Shown piece after piece: positions 32,133 through 43,479 of a stretch of DNA of 64,000 nucleotides. The first letter of the stretch is position 1; every line of letters starts with the position of its first letter. Source of the DNA: an uncultured cyanobacterium. Lineage in GTDB: Bacteria; Cyanobacteriota; Cyanobacteriia; Cyanobacteriales; CAWUOF01. A program made the position numbers and the translations under genes. The stretch spans positions 6,176,001-6,240,000 of the forward strand of contig CAVUSO010000001.1 of NCBI GenBank assembly GCA_963744145.1. Direction: 5' to 3'. The notes beneath the pieces are model-generated. The model made no database searches and was not told the origin of the DNA. It worked only from the letters and a program-made list of their open reading frames with translations.

Positions 32133-34475
32133 GTGATGAAAATCCATTTTTCCTCTTATTTAACAGCATTATCCGCGCTTCTACTTGTCCTGACAGGTGT
32201 TTGGTTTGTAGATAAAACCCAACAAGAACGATTTCAACAGCAAAATCGTGCCGATGTTCTCCATCAACTCAGTACAGTTCGGGCTCGACTTGAAGGTGCC
32301 TTAGATTCCCGGTTATTTTTATTACGTGGTCTGGTGGCTTTTATTTCCAACTATACCGATGTTGATCAGGTAGAATTTGAAGACTTGGCCAAAATTATCA
32401 TTGCCTACCAAACAGGGATTGACAGTATTTATTTAGCTAAAAATACTGTGGTAACTAATATTTACCCACCCCAAAAAAAAGCGGCTTTGGGGCAAAAGCT
32501 CATGGAAGAATCAGTCCAGAGACAGGGGATTCAACAAGCGATTGAGCATAAAAAAACTACGATTACTGGTCCAGTTAAAACCGCAACTGGTAGGGTAATT
32601 TTTGTGGGTAATACCCCGATTTTTCTTACTCCTCGTGGAAAAGAGCCTGAAAGTGGTGATTATTGGGGTTTAGCAGGAATCGGAATTGATCGGACTACCT
32701 TGATGAAAGAAGCAGGAATGTTAAATCCCCTGGTTAAAATTGATTATGGACTGCGGGTACATGATTCTTTATCTAATTCAGAGCGGATGTTGTTTGGACA
32801 AGAAAAGATTTTTTATGAAGATCCAGTTTTATTAGATGTGTCTTTACCGAACGGTTGGTGGCAATTGGCTGCAATTCCCCTAGATGGATGGCCATCTAAT
32901 TATCCCCATCAATGGTGGGTGCAAAATGGGGGTGTTTTGTTGGCTTTATTAACTGGAATTATTGTGTTTAGATTGGTTAATGCCCCTTTCTATTTGCGCG
33001 AAGCGATCGCTCAGGCAACATCTACTTTAAATGCTAATGAAGCTAAGTATCGTGAACTGGTGGAAAATGCTAATAGTATTATTTTGCGGATCGATCATCA
33101 GGGGAATATTACTTTTTTTAATGAATTTGCTCAAGGTTTTTTTGGGTATTCAGAACAGGAAATTATTGGTAAAAACATCATCGGGACAATTATGGCCCAG
33201 GTTGATGGGGCTGGAAAAGATTTGGGGGTAATGCTAATCAATTGCTTACAAAATCCCGCACAATATACTAGCTATGAAAATGAAAATATTCGTCGTAATG
33301 GTGAACGAGTTTGGATTTCTTGGACAAATAAAGCACTGTTAGATCACCAGGGAATATTTCGCGGTATATTATGTATTGGGACGGATATTAGCGATCGCAA
33401 ATGGGCAGAGCAAGAGTTACAAAGAGCTAATGAAGAATTAGAAACCCGAGTTGAGGAACGGACTACAGAATTAAAACAAAAAGCTTTCCAACTAGAAACA
33501 GCTTTGCATCAACTTCAACTAACTCAAACTCAATTAGTTCACTCTGAAAAAATGTCTAGTCTCGGACAATTGATTGCAGGGATTGCCCATGAAATCAATA
33601 ATCCGGTTAATTTTATTCACGGCAATCTTTCTTATATTATTGATTATACTCAAGACTTTTTGAAATTAATTAATGTCTATCAACAGGAATATTCTCAGAC
33701 TAATCCCCGGATTGAAGCAGTTTTAGAAGAAATTGAGTGGGATTTTATTCGGGAAGATTTAGGCAAAATTGTGTCTTCTATGCAAATCGGTACGGAACGA
33801 ATCCGTCAAATTGTGCTATCTTTAAGAAATTTTTCTCGTTTAGATGAATCAGATATGAAACCGGTGGATATTCATGAGGGGATTGAAAGTACCTTATTAA
33901 TTTTACAAAACCGTCTGAAACCTCATCATAGTGTGACTGATATTCAGATTATTAAGGAATATGGTGATTTGCCTTTAGTAGAATGCTATGCTGGTCAATT
34001 AAATCAAGTATTTATGAATATCCTTAGTAATGCTCTTGATGCTTTACAGACGAAAAGATTTAATTATCTACAAGTCAATTTGGCAGCAATTGAGCAACAA
34101 ATGATTCCAGCTAAACCAGACGAGGGTAGAACTGAAGAAGCAATAAATCAGGAAAGAGGAAATTCAGATTATCCCCAATTTGATCTACCCACAATTCGGA
34201 TTCGGACTAAAGTGATGGATAGCGATCGGATCAGAATTGAAATTGCTGATAATGGGATGGGGATGACCGAGGAAATCAAAAATAATATTTTTAATCCCTT
34301 TTTTACGACTAAAGATGTGGGTAAAGGAACTGGGTTAGGTTTATCCATCAGTTATCAAATTGTGGTGGAAAAGCACTTAGGTGAATTGCAGTGTCGATCA
34401 GCTCCAGAGCTAGGCACACTATTCATAATTGAATTGCCCAGGAAATGTGTCCGGACTCTGGCAGTTCAGAAGTAG
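32133..34475 (+). CDS. membrane sensor histidine kinase (CHASE, PAS, HisKA, HATPase)
   Basis: two TM helices around a CHASE-like domain, PAS, AHEINNP, NQVFMNILSNA, GKGTGLGL. Confidence 0.92.
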   Translation: MMKIHFSSYLTALSALLLVLTGVWFVDKTQQERFQQQNRADVLHQLSTVRARLEGALDSRLFLLRGLVAFISNYTDVDQVEFEDLAKIIIAYQTGIDSIYLAKNTVVTNIYPPQKKAALGQKLMEESVQRQGIQQAIEHKKTTITGPVKTATGRVIFVGNTPIFLTPRGKEPESGDYWGLAGIGIDRTTLMKEAGMLNPLVKIDYGLRVHDSLSNSERMLFGQEKIFYEDPVLLDVSLPNGWWQLAAIPLDGWPSNYPHQWWVQNGGVLLALLTGIIVFRLVNAPFYLREAIAQATSTLNANEAKYRELVENANSIILRIDHQGNITFFNEFAQGFFGYSEQEIIGKNIIGTIMAQVDGAGKDLGVMLINCLQNPAQYTSYENENIRRNGERVWISWTNKALLDHQGIFRGILCIGTDISDRKWAEQELQRANEELETRVEERTTELKQKAFQLETALHQLQLTQTQLVHSEKMSSLGQLIAGIAHEINNPVNFIHGNLSYIIDYTQDFLKLINVYQQEYSQTNPRIEAVLEEIEWDFIREDLGKIVSSMQIGTERIRQIVLSLRNFSRLDESDMKPVDIHEGIESTLLILQNRLKPHHSVTDIQIIKEYGDLPLVECYAGQLNQVFMNILSNALDALQTKRFNYLQVNLAAIEQQMIPAKPDEGRTEEAINQERGNSDYPQFDLPTIRIRTKVMDSDRIRIEIADNGMGMTEEIKNNIFNPFFTTKDVGKGTGLGLSISYQIVVEKHLGELQCRSAPELGTLFIIELPRKCVRTLAVQK

Positions 34476-34558
34476 GGATGGTTATAATATGCTTAGAGAC
34501 TATAACTATACACAGGACTGAAACTGACTCAACTAGATGATGCTGGAATTGGATATTT

Positions 34559-35209
34559 ATGAAAGCTGAACTGACTGGTTTAATACATTTGGGTTGGCGC
34601 TTTTTCTGGCAGAATATTCCATCTATGAGTAGGAATATTTTTTTAGCCTTAATTCCTTTCGGGTTAAGTATTTGGTTGTTCCGACGCGATCGCCCCCGCT
34701 CGGCTTACTGGTGGTTAGGATTGTTGATTTTTATCGCTTTTTTGCCCAATGCACCCTATGTACTCACCGATATTATTCATTTAATCTATCAAATTCAACA
34801 CCGTCCATCGGTGTGGGTGATTACCCTAATTCTCATTCCTCAATATTTTGTGTTTTGTTTATTGGGATTGGAAGCTTATGTACTATCTCTGATGAATCTG
34901 GGCTTTTATTTGCGACGGATTGGTCGAAGTAAATGGATTTTGTGGTCTGAATTGGCTTTACACTTTCTCAGTGCGGTTGGGATTTATTTGGGTAGGTTTA
35001 ACCGGTGGAATACTTGGGACTTACTGACTGAAACTGATGGAGTATTTAATAGTGTCATTGATAATTTAATTGGGGCACGTCCAGCCTTAGTGATTTTCGT
35101 CACAGTTATAGTGATTGCAGGGTTGTATTGGTTGATGAAACAGCTCAGTTTAGCGATCGCAATCCAACATAAACTGGGAAAATTCTATACGGAAGTGAGT
35201 CAAATCTGA
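34559..35209 (+). CDS. DUF1361-family membrane protein
   Basis: NIFLALIP, FLPNAPYVLTDIIHL, GIYLGRF.RWNTWD. Confidence 0.85.
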   Translation: MKAELTGLIHLGWRFFWQNIPSMSRNIFLALIPFGLSIWLFRRDRPRSAYWWLGLLIFIAFLPNAPYVLTDIIHLIYQIQHRPSVWVITLILIPQYFVFCLLGLEAYVLSLMNLGFYLRRIGRSKWILWSELALHFLSAVGIYLGRFNRWNTWDLLTETDGVFNSVIDNLIGARPALVIFVTVIVIAGLYWLMKQLSLAIAIQHKLGKFYTEVSQI

Positions 35210-35234
35210 AGTAGTTTATAGGACAACATACATA

Positions 35235-36935
35235 ATGGAGCTGGACTTAGGCGATCGCATGAACCTGAACATCCTCAATTTTTTGCCACCAGACGCTAAA
35301 CTCTTGCTAGAAATTGGTTGTGGAATCGGGACTCTGGGCAAAGAATACCAACAAATTAATCCCGATTGTCAATATATGGGGATGGAAAGCGATCGGTCCC
35401 AGGCTGAAATTGCTGCCCAAAAACTAGATCGGGTATTTACCTCAAACTGCTGGGAAATCAATGAAACTGACTCCAATTTATTGATGGGTAGAGTAGATTG
35501 CCTGATCTACGGACATATTTTGCCCTATCTGAGCGATCCTTGGGGATTACTTAAGCAACATATAGCCTTACTGAAGGATAATGGTCAAGTGCTAGCGCGG
35601 ATTCCCAATGTCCAACATTGGGGACGATTGCTGAATCTAATCCAAGGAAAATGGGAAGATCAGGAACAAGATTGGTCATCTGGTCAAATTTTACGTTATT
35701 TTACCCTAGATACCATCAACCAAATGTTTACTGAAGCTGGGTTACAGGTTTTTGATATTCAAAATCAGGAAAGTAACTCAGAAGATTTTCAGAAATTACA
35801 GTCTTTACTTGTCCCTGTTTTAAATTTTTTCCAAATCAACCCAAAAACTTTTGCTGAACAATGTAAACCATCTGATTATCTGGTCCGAGCGTTCAAATCT
35901 CCCACCCCACCTCGTCGTTTACTAATTCAAACTCTAATTCGCTCACCGACAGGACGCGATCGAGTGCGTGTTTTTGATCCAGATCGTTTCAGTTCCACAA
36001 TTCCCGGTGTGCGAACTATTGCTTCAATGCAACCTGTTAATTTAAACGCTGCATTACCACAGGAAGAGAAAGTTTTTATTTGGCAAGCGGCAATTCTTGA
36101 ATATCCAAAAGATATTCCGGGACTCAAGAGATTATTAGAATATGGCTATTTAATTGTTGCTGAATTTGATGATGATCCCCTCCATCGTTCTGAGTATGCA
36201 GAGAATCAATTTTTGAGTTTTCGTGGTAGTCACTGTGTGCAGACTACGACTAAACCTTTAGCTAATTATCTGCGAGAACTCAATCCTAATGTCGCGATTT
36301 TTGCTAATCAACTGGCTTATTTACCACCAGTACGAACTTATAGTAATGATAATTCTGTCACCTTATTTTTTGGTGCTTTATTACGGGAAAAAGATTGGCC
36401 CGAAATTATGCCAGCTTTAAATCGGATTTTAGCTGACTATCCCAATCAAGTTAGGGTGAAAGTGATTCATGATCGACTTTTCTTTGATGCTTTACAAACG
36501 GAGCAAAAAGAATTTGAACCATTTTGCCCTTATGAAAAGTATGAAGCAATTATGCGCTCTTGTGATATTGGGATTTTACCTCTTGCTCCCAATCGCTATA
36601 ATAGCATGAAGTCAGATTTAAAGTTTATTCAATGTGCAGGTCATGGAGTCGCAGCATTAGCTAGTCCTACAGTGTATGAAAATTCGATTATTGAAGGAGA
36701 GACAGGATTAATCTATCGTTCCGCAGCAGATTTTGAAGTTAAACTAAGAACCCTGATTGAAAATTGTAGTTTACGTCACCAGTTGACAGCTAATGCTTAT
36801 GAATATGTGCGTCACAATCGTTTACTATCTCAACATTATCGAGAACGTCGTGAGTGGTATTTGCAGATGCGCGATGATTTACCACGCTTGAATGAAGAAC
36901 TCTACAGTCGTTTTCCTGAATTATTTAAAAATTAA
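35235..36935 (+). CDS. SAM methyltransferase fused to a glycosyltransferase-like domain
   Basis: LEIGCGIG, IPNVQHW; C-terminal EFDDD, DIGILPL..N.MKSDLK. Confidence 0.8.
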   Translation: MELDLGDRMNLNILNFLPPDAKLLLEIGCGIGTLGKEYQQINPDCQYMGMESDRSQAEIAAQKLDRVFTSNCWEINETDSNLLMGRVDCLIYGHILPYLSDPWGLLKQHIALLKDNGQVLARIPNVQHWGRLLNLIQGKWEDQEQDWSSGQILRYFTLDTINQMFTEAGLQVFDIQNQESNSEDFQKLQSLLVPVLNFFQINPKTFAEQCKPSDYLVRAFKSPTPPRRLLIQTLIRSPTGRDRVRVFDPDRFSSTIPGVRTIASMQPVNLNAALPQEEKVFIWQAAILEYPKDIPGLKRLLEYGYLIVAEFDDDPLHRSEYAENQFLSFRGSHCVQTTTKPLANYLRELNPNVAIFANQLAYLPPVRTYSNDNSVTLFFGALLREKDWPEIMPALNRILADYPNQVRVKVIHDRLFFDALQTEQKEFEPFCPYEKYEAIMRSCDIGILPLAPNRYNSMKSDLKFIQCAGHGVAALASPTVYENSIIEGETGLIYRSAADFEVKLRTLIENCSLRHQLTANAYEYVRHNRLLSQHYRERREWYLQMRDDLPRLNEELYSRFPELFKN

Positions 36936-37025
36936 GCGCTGGCAGCTGATTTTTTTTAAATTAGATATAATCGAAAAGGGGTTGTTGTAGAACTAAATTA
37001 GCCCAAATTATGGAGATGAAAGAAC

Positions 37026-37655
37026 ATGAATCATATATTATCGGCAATTGGACTTTCTTTGTCTTCTAATTCTGACAGTTTTGCGGTTGGAGTTGCTTAT
37101 GGAACGAAAAGAATCAGAATTGGGACATTGAGTAATTTACTCATGGCATTTATTTCGGCACTAGGTACCTATCTTTCCATGAGTCTAGGAGAAAAAATTA
37201 CTCAATTTTTAGATCATGACGTTGCTAATTTTCTTGGTAGTTTTGTATTGGTAGCTATTGGAGTTTGGGGAATTTTAAATACATTAAGAGCTGAGATCAA
37301 AAGCAAAAGAAAAAAAGAAACACCATCATCATTAATAGATGAACTTGATTATGAGGTATTTGTCGAAGATCCAAGTCTAGCTGATTTAGACAATTCTAAA
37401 GTGATTGATGTCCGAGAATCAATTCCTTTAGGTTTGGCTTTAACTATTAATAATTTAGCTAATGGAATTGGAGCAGGGTTGTCAGGTATCAATATTTATT
37501 TAACTACTTTCCTGTGTTTTATATTCAGTATACTCAGCATTGTAATTGGATATATAATTGGGGAAAAGCTTACAGCCCGGCTCTCTGGAAAATGGCTAGA
37601 TTTGATTTCAGGTTCAATGATGATCGCGATCGGGATTTATGAGTATTATAGTTAA
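37026..37655 (+). CDS. YtaF/MntP-family membrane protein
   Basis: SSNSDSFAVGVAYG, ADLDNSKVID..E...LGLALTINNLANGIGAG. Confidence 0.75.
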   Translation: MNHILSAIGLSLSSNSDSFAVGVAYGTKRIRIGTLSNLLMAFISALGTYLSMSLGEKITQFLDHDVANFLGSFVLVAIGVWGILNTLRAEIKSKRKKETPSSLIDELDYEVFVEDPSLADLDNSKVIDVRESIPLGLALTINNLANGIGAGLSGINIYLTTFLCFIFSILSIVIGYIIGEKLTARLSGKWLDLISGSMMIAIGIYEYYS

Positions 37656-37670
37656 TCTTGGCCTAATTTT

Positions 37671-38819
37671 TCATTTAATTTGTGCGAGCATTCGCGTCAA
37701 AACTTTTTGAGAATCAAAATATTCTTCGGCGATTAATCTGGCGGTATGATAATGTTGAGCATAGTTATTTTCGATCGCTTCTAAAGCAGAGATAGCTTCT
37801 TCTAAATTAGAAAAAACTTGTAATCCTGTCCCAATTGGTAACCAAGTTGAAAAATTAGTATCTTGAGTGATGACTGGACGTCCAGTAGCAAGATATTGAG
37901 CACTACGTTCACTAAACCAACCACAACGTCCCCGGACATATCCATTTTTCGCGATCGCCAATTCTCCCCGAGATAAAGTAATATATTGTTGATATGCTGT
38001 TAAATTTTTAGTAACCTGATTAGCATCAACTATCCTCCATCCTTTTGACTCTAATAACTGTTTTGGAGCACCATTAGCGATCGCTAATTCTAACTCGATA
38101 TTAGTTTGTTGAGGTAAATTCTCATAAACTGCAAATTCAACATCTTTTTGACCATAAATTTGTCCTTGAAATTCCACATTGCGATAACTTTTCCAATTCA
38201 TGACTGTTGTATAAGCACAAGGTGACGGAGCGGGAGGTACAAATTTCCAGAAATCTAAAAATATTGGTTGTGGAGTTTTTAACCAAGTTAAACCTACATC
38301 GGGGATTGGACAATCAGCATCACCTAAATTCATTGCGATCGTAAATCGAAAATCATGTTCTGCATAAAACTGACGAAAATGAGGTTCTTGTAACATCCGA
38401 ATTTGATTAAATCCGGGATCAGTATCAATAATTACAGTACATTGAGCTTGACGATAGCGATCGCGTAAAGGATTGACTCCGGAGACATTAATAAATAAAT
38501 CAGCACTCTGACATAAAGCATCTAATTGTTTTTCGCTCATGCCATAATATTGATTAAAAAACTGACTATAATAACACCAACGTCCATCTAGTCCAAAGTA
38601 GTGAAAAATTGCTTGGATGTATTTTAATCCATAAGCTGGACTTTCATATTCTCCGCAATTATAGGTTTCAGGATTATATACCCAAGAATAATCACCGCTA
38701 TCTTCTAAAAAATAAACATCATGTCCGAGTTGACGTAATCCTAAGATAAAATGTAATCCTTGCCATGTTGGTCCAGCAAAGGGATATGCAACCATATAAC
38801 CAGCGATAATAATTTTCAT
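37671..38819 (-). CDS. glycosyltransferase-like protein
   Basis: GLRQLGHDVYFLED, IDTDPGFNQ, GWFSERSAQYLATGRPVITQDT. Confidence 0.75.
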   Translation of the reverse strand: MKIIIAGYMVAYPFAGPTWQGLHFILGLRQLGHDVYFLEDSGDYSWVYNPETYNCGEYESPAYGLKYIQAIFHYFGLDGRWCYYSQFFNQYYGMSEKQLDALCQSADLFINVSGVNPLRDRYRQAQCTVIIDTDPGFNQIRMLQEPHFRQFYAEHDFRFTIAMNLGDADCPIPDVGLTWLKTPQPIFLDFWKFVPPAPSPCAYTTVMNWKSYRNVEFQGQIYGQKDVEFAVYENLPQQTNIELELAIANGAPKQLLESKGWRIVDANQVTKNLTAYQQYITLSRGELAIAKNGYVRGRCGWFSERSAQYLATGRPVITQDTNFSTWLPIGTGLQVFSNLEEAISALEAIENNYAQHYHTARLIAEEYFDSQKVLTRMLAQIK

Positions 38820-38837
38820 TTTAATGATATAAGATTG

Positions 38838-40040
38838 TTATAATTGATCTAATAGTTTACCTAAAACTTGATTAGCATCAAAATATTCTCGGGCGATTTC
38901 TCTAGCCCGATCAGCATGAATTGCATAATCGTAACTAACTTTTTCCAGATAAAAAACAGCTTCTTCTAAATTATTAAATCCAAATAATCCGGTTCCGGTG
39001 GGGAGAAATTTTGTCCAAGCTGTATCTTGTACTATTGCTGGTTTACCTGATGCTAAATAACAAGCTGTTCGACAACTAAACCAACCACTACGAGTCGCGA
39101 CATAAGCTTGTTTAGCTACACTCCATTCCCCCATAGAAGCAGAGATATAATCTCGATAATGAGCAGGTGTACGTGAGATCAGATAACCATCTATTATTTG
39201 CCAACCATAAGATTTTAATAGTTGGTGGGGTGCAGCACCGGAAATTGCTATTTCTAAGTTAGCACAGATATTTCTCAATTTTAACCGCTCAGGTAATAGA
39301 AAATAAGCCGGAAATTCTAAATCTTTTCCTCCTAATGTTTGGTGATTGATGATAGGAGGAGTTTCATCAATTTGCCAACTCATTACCGTTGTCCAACTTC
39401 GCGATCGAGTGGGCATGGTTATGGGTAAATTCAGCCACCAATCGAGGACAATTGGTTGATGGGTCGGGTGCCATTTTAATGAATTAGTAGGGATAGTACA
39501 ATCGGGATTATGAATATTTTCAGCAAAGGTGAAAAAATAATCATGGGCTAAAATAGTGTTAACTCGTTCTATTGTTTCTTGATTAGCAGTTCCTGACCTA
39601 ACTGCTGCTATTTTTGATTGACTATAAGCTGGATCGGAATCTAGATAAATTTTACAGGGAATATCTATATATAAATTTCGCAAAGATGCACAACCAGAAA
39701 GATTCAGAAAAATATCTGCACTTTGACACCATTCTTTTACCTGACTCCGTTCTAATCCCCAATAATAATGTTGCAGATCGCGTAATGTCCATAATGCGTC
39801 TGGAGCATAGGTGCGAAATATTTTGGCTAAATAATTAAGATTTTTTGCTGGATTGTCGATATAAGTTTGTAAAACTGGATCATAAAACCAACGTCCGGTA
39901 TCTTCTAAATAAAGCACTTGATGTCCTAAACGCAATAATCCGATAATATAATGTAAGTAATCCCAAGCTAATCCTCCTAAGGGATAGGTAGCAATTAAAC
40001 CTGTAATAATTATCCGCATATTCTTGTAACTAGAATTCAC
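38838..40040 (-). CDS. glycosyltransferase-like protein, paralogue of 37671-38819
   Basis: GLLRLGHQVLYLED, LDSDPAYSQ, GWFSCRTACYLASGKPAIVQDT. Confidence 0.75.
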   Translation of the reverse strand: MNSSYKNMRIIITGLIATYPLGGLAWDYLHYIIGLLRLGHQVLYLEDTGRWFYDPVLQTYIDNPAKNLNYLAKIFRTYAPDALWTLRDLQHYYWGLERSQVKEWCQSADIFLNLSGCASLRNLYIDIPCKIYLDSDPAYSQSKIAAVRSGTANQETIERVNTILAHDYFFTFAENIHNPDCTIPTNSLKWHPTHQPIVLDWWLNLPITMPTRSRSWTTVMSWQIDETPPIINHQTLGGKDLEFPAYFLLPERLKLRNICANLEIAISGAAPHQLLKSYGWQIIDGYLISRTPAHYRDYISASMGEWSVAKQAYVATRSGWFSCRTACYLASGKPAIVQDTAWTKFLPTGTGLFGFNNLEEAVFYLEKVSYDYAIHADRAREIAREYFDANQVLGKLLDQL

Positions 40041-40855
40041 TCAAATAGAACATTATATCGACTGGGTAAATCAGCATTTTGCTCTAACTGTTCTAAGGTG
40101 TGAAAATAGGTAGGGTAATTTTGACAAAATGATTGTATTAATGGAGCGGTTAAGTCTAACTTGGTGAACAGATTTGGTTGGTAAAGATGATTGAGGATGT
40201 CTGGAGATAAGTCTAATTTGCTTAACCAAGATAACTGCGATCGCAATAAATTGAGAAATTGATCTGGTGAGGTTAATAAACTATTAATATTAACTAATAA
40301 ACATCGAGCGCGGTGAGTTTGATAAAATTTTAATAAATGAGAATTATAATATTGCCAGATTTGCAGAGCATTCAGAGCTTTAAAACAACCAAGTCCACTC
40401 GATCGCTTAATGGAATCAGCAACATCCCAAGGAAAGCGATAAATTAATAAATAATTAGCTTGAGGAATCAATTGATCCCAAAAATCAAGTAATAGAGAAG
40501 TTCTGGGATCTTTCCAACCCCAAATTTCTGCGCGATCGCTTCTAGTGGTGATTAATTGTTGAGCAGATGCTCGATAAGTGGTGAATTGATCTCGATCTAA
40601 CCATTCACTCTCAGTCCAACCCCAATCACTCCAACCCGGTTCTGAGGGATGACAACAAGCTTGGAGGAGCGATCGCTGGAATTTGAGAAAATCGACATCT
40701 TCAAAATAACCTGGAGGATTAAATGAATCACCGACCAGTAAATTCTGACCTAAATCTACCCCTAATGCTTGCATAAATGCTGCGACGAGGGAAGTACCAG
40801 AGCGGTGCATTCCTGTAATAATCAGAACTGAAGACAACATATTGACACTGAACAC
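40037..40855 (-). CDS. sulfotransferase-family protein
   Basis: GMHRSGTS (5'-PSB loop), WGWKDPR, YRFPWDVADS. Confidence 0.85.
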   Translation of the reverse strand: MFSVNMLSSVLIITGMHRSGTSLVAAFMQALGVDLGQNLLVGDSFNPPGYFEDVDFLKFQRSLLQACCHPSEPGWSDWGWTESEWLDRDQFTTYRASAQQLITTRSDRAEIWGWKDPRTSLLLDFWDQLIPQANYLLIYRFPWDVADSIKRSSGLGCFKALNALQIWQYYNSHLLKFYQTHRARCLLVNINSLLTSPDQFLNLLRSQLSWLSKLDLSPDILNHLYQPNLFTKLDLTAPLIQSFCQNYPTYFHTLEQLEQNADLPSRYNVLFE

Positions 40856-41101
40856 AAATTATATTATTCCAAATCATACCATCTTGAGCAACTTGGGATG
40901 AATAGATCAACTCTTTTTGGTGTAAAATCTAGAAAGACGAAGGTAGTTTTAATCACCTCGAATTTTTACAAGGTAATATCTAGTGACAAATATCCAAGTC
41001 CTATGCTATAAATATGATTGATTAAACTGCTACTTAATTGCCAGCAGCATTCTCAAGTTAGCAAAAATATAAAAAAATCATATCCTGAGAGAACTTCTAA
41101 A

Positions 41102-41387
41102 ATGTCCAGATCGTCTTCATATCAAGGTTGGGAAATTACTGAAGAACAAAGAGAAGCTTATCGACAATGTTCAAAAGAATCTAGTAAAGCTAAAGCACAA
41201 GCTCTTCGAGGTGAAGGGAGCAAACCGATCCATCCCATTAATAATCCTCAATTAAAACCTGAGCAATTAATGCCACAATTACCCGAAAATGGATGGCGAT
41301 CGCTTTCTTTGTTTAGTGGTGGTGGTGGTTTGGATCTTGGCTTTGATCGAGCAGGTTTCCATCACATCGCTTCCTATGATATTCTCC
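41102..41387 (+). pseudogene. 5' part of a C5 cytosine DNA methyltransferase interrupted by IS607
   Basis: motif I SLFSGGGGLDLGF, ending ASYDIL at the insertion site. Confidence 0.88.
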
Positions 41388-41899
41388 GCTTCTAAAAATC
41401 TATGTAAACCTACGCAAAGGCAGAAATGAATAGACAAGACTCAGCGGTTTAAGTTTCTGAAGCATTATTTCTTAGTGCTTGCGCTTCCCCAGTATTGAGG
41501 TTGGCCAAGAAATCCCAGTTAGAAACGGTATAATAATCGTGTCTACGTTTGATTACACCGGAATGCTTGATTTGGTTATTTAGTTGATGCCACTGACTCC
41601 AAACGTGCTTAGTTAAGTTCACCTCAACAAAGGCGGTTAAGGAGTCAGGTAATTTTTCCGATAGTTTCATGGCACGTCTGCCAATCACAAAGGCTGCGGC
41701 TTCATCACTGGCGAGGGCATACATCCGCAGATATTTGACCAGGCCAATCACGCTCGAATAAGCAGGATTGACCGTGATTAGTTCAATGCCTCGGTTGGCC
41801 AAGATTGAACTTAGTTGTTTAAAAAACTCAGAATATGCCCAGCCAGAAAGCATCCTGGCATATTTCCGACCAAGTTCTCTCAGCTGTTCTTTCTTAGTA

Positions 41900-43479
41900 A
41901 GTAGTCGGACATAAATAAAGTTAACTATGTTAACTTTATTTAAGAGTAAATTTGACCCACAAATTTACCAGAGAAAAGCATATAAAAGTATTCCCTCCGT
42001 CCAACTGAATAGGTTTCACTAGAGAGTAAGAAAACTGCATTTCCAGATTTTCTATTAACTATAAATATGGTCAGTTTTGCCTCAGCCTCTCATTAAACAA
42101 TTAATGGAATTTTTCCGGTTGACTAGAACTAGAATAAACCCGATTAGGATTTTTGTTCATCCTGGCTAGGCTGACCACCAAATCTAAATCTTTTTACTTC
42201 TAAGCCCTTACTAGTTTGACGAGCTTCGATTGCTGCTCTTACCGCGATGGTTAATTCATATTCATTCTCAAACATTTGACCAGCTAATTCATCTTCTTTG
42301 ATTCTTTCCCACTCCGTTTCAATCAGATTTAATTCGGGAGAGTAACTGGATAATAGGAATATATATAATCCTTGTTTTTCCCATTGATCATAGTTGCTCT
42401 TCGTCAATTTACTTACGTGAACGGAATATTGGTCTTGGACAATTACAGTTATTTTGCCCGTTTCTTTCAATCTAGTTTCCGCTTGCGCGGCTTGCCAATC
42501 CATTAATTTGATATAATTCTTACTGTCAAAACTCTTAAAACTTAATCCATATTCAAAGCTTTCTCCCACGGCCAAAAATCCACATATATTTAATCTTTTC
42601 CCTTTCTTTTTAGGCTGTTTGATCTGTTTCTGTTGGCCGATTTTCCCCCAGGTATATACAGGTTCAGCCCACAGGCTAAATCCTGATTCATCCAAATATT
42701 TTAAACATATTTCACCCGCGGCTGCCGCGAATTCCAACATCTCTAAATCATTTCTTTTAGTTGCTCTTTTTTCCTGGTCTTGCTTTCCTTTTAGAGATGT
42801 TCTCGTTCTTTTCCACCGATAGTTTTTTTTGAGGATTCGACGCAACTGTCTTTGGCTCAGTTTTACTTGCCTTTCCTGGGCTAGATATTTCACTAACTGA
42901 CGACTATTATAAGCTCGTTCCTCTGTCTCTAGTTTTTTTTCAATTTCTGCCAAATCTGCCTGACTCCATTTTCTTTTCCTGCCCGGACGAGGCGCATCCC
43001 ATAATCCTGCTAATCCCTGTTTTTCCCAACGATGTATTGTGGCTCTCACTGTCTTAATTGACCAGTTCAGATACTTGCCGATCTGTTCCACTTTCCATCC
43101 CATTGATGATAATCTCAAGGTCGCAGCCCGATCTCTTGTTCTTAGTGGAACTCCCTCGGCTCTATTTAATTCCCATAAGGTTTGATTTTCCGCAGATGTT
43201 AAAAATATTCTCAAAGGAGGAGATGACATTTTCTTCAAACTTTTAAGTTAGCTCTATAATTATTTCACAATCAGGGTGTTTTTTTTGAAGCTAAAATCGA
43301 CCTCACTTATCCCCTTAATTACCAAAATAAGTCTAATTTTTTGCTCCCATTGTCCAGCCACTTCTTTGGCCAATCTTCCCCAGATTGGACTAATTTTTCG
43401 ATGACTTTGTCCAGCTTATTGCTTGACCCATACGTTTTACAAAAGTTAATACAGTACCTATTACTTTTGTCCGACTACT
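41900..43479 (-). mobile_element. IS630-family insertion sequence
   Basis: TIRs AGTAGTCGGACA; TA duplication at 41898-41899 and 43480-43481. Confidence 0.9.
42144..43238 (-). CDS. IS630-family transposase
   Basis: HTH N-terminus, YLDESGF, IVQDQYSVH, YSPELNLIE.EW. Confidence 0.92.
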   Translation of the reverse strand: MKKMSSPPLRIFLTSAENQTLWELNRAEGVPLRTRDRAATLRLSSMGWKVEQIGKYLNWSIKTVRATIHRWEKQGLAGLWDAPRPGRKRKWSQADLAEIEKKLETEERAYNSRQLVKYLAQERQVKLSQRQLRRILKKNYRWKRTRTSLKGKQDQEKRATKRNDLEMLEFAAAAGEICLKYLDESGFSLWAEPVYTWGKIGQQKQIKQPKKKGKRLNICGFLAVGESFEYGLSFKSFDSKNYIKLMDWQAAQAETRLKETGKITVIVQDQYSVHVSKLTKSNYDQWEKQGLYIFLLSSYSPELNLIETEWERIKEDELAGQMFENEYELTIAVRAAIEARQTSKGLEVKRFRFGGQPSQDEQKS

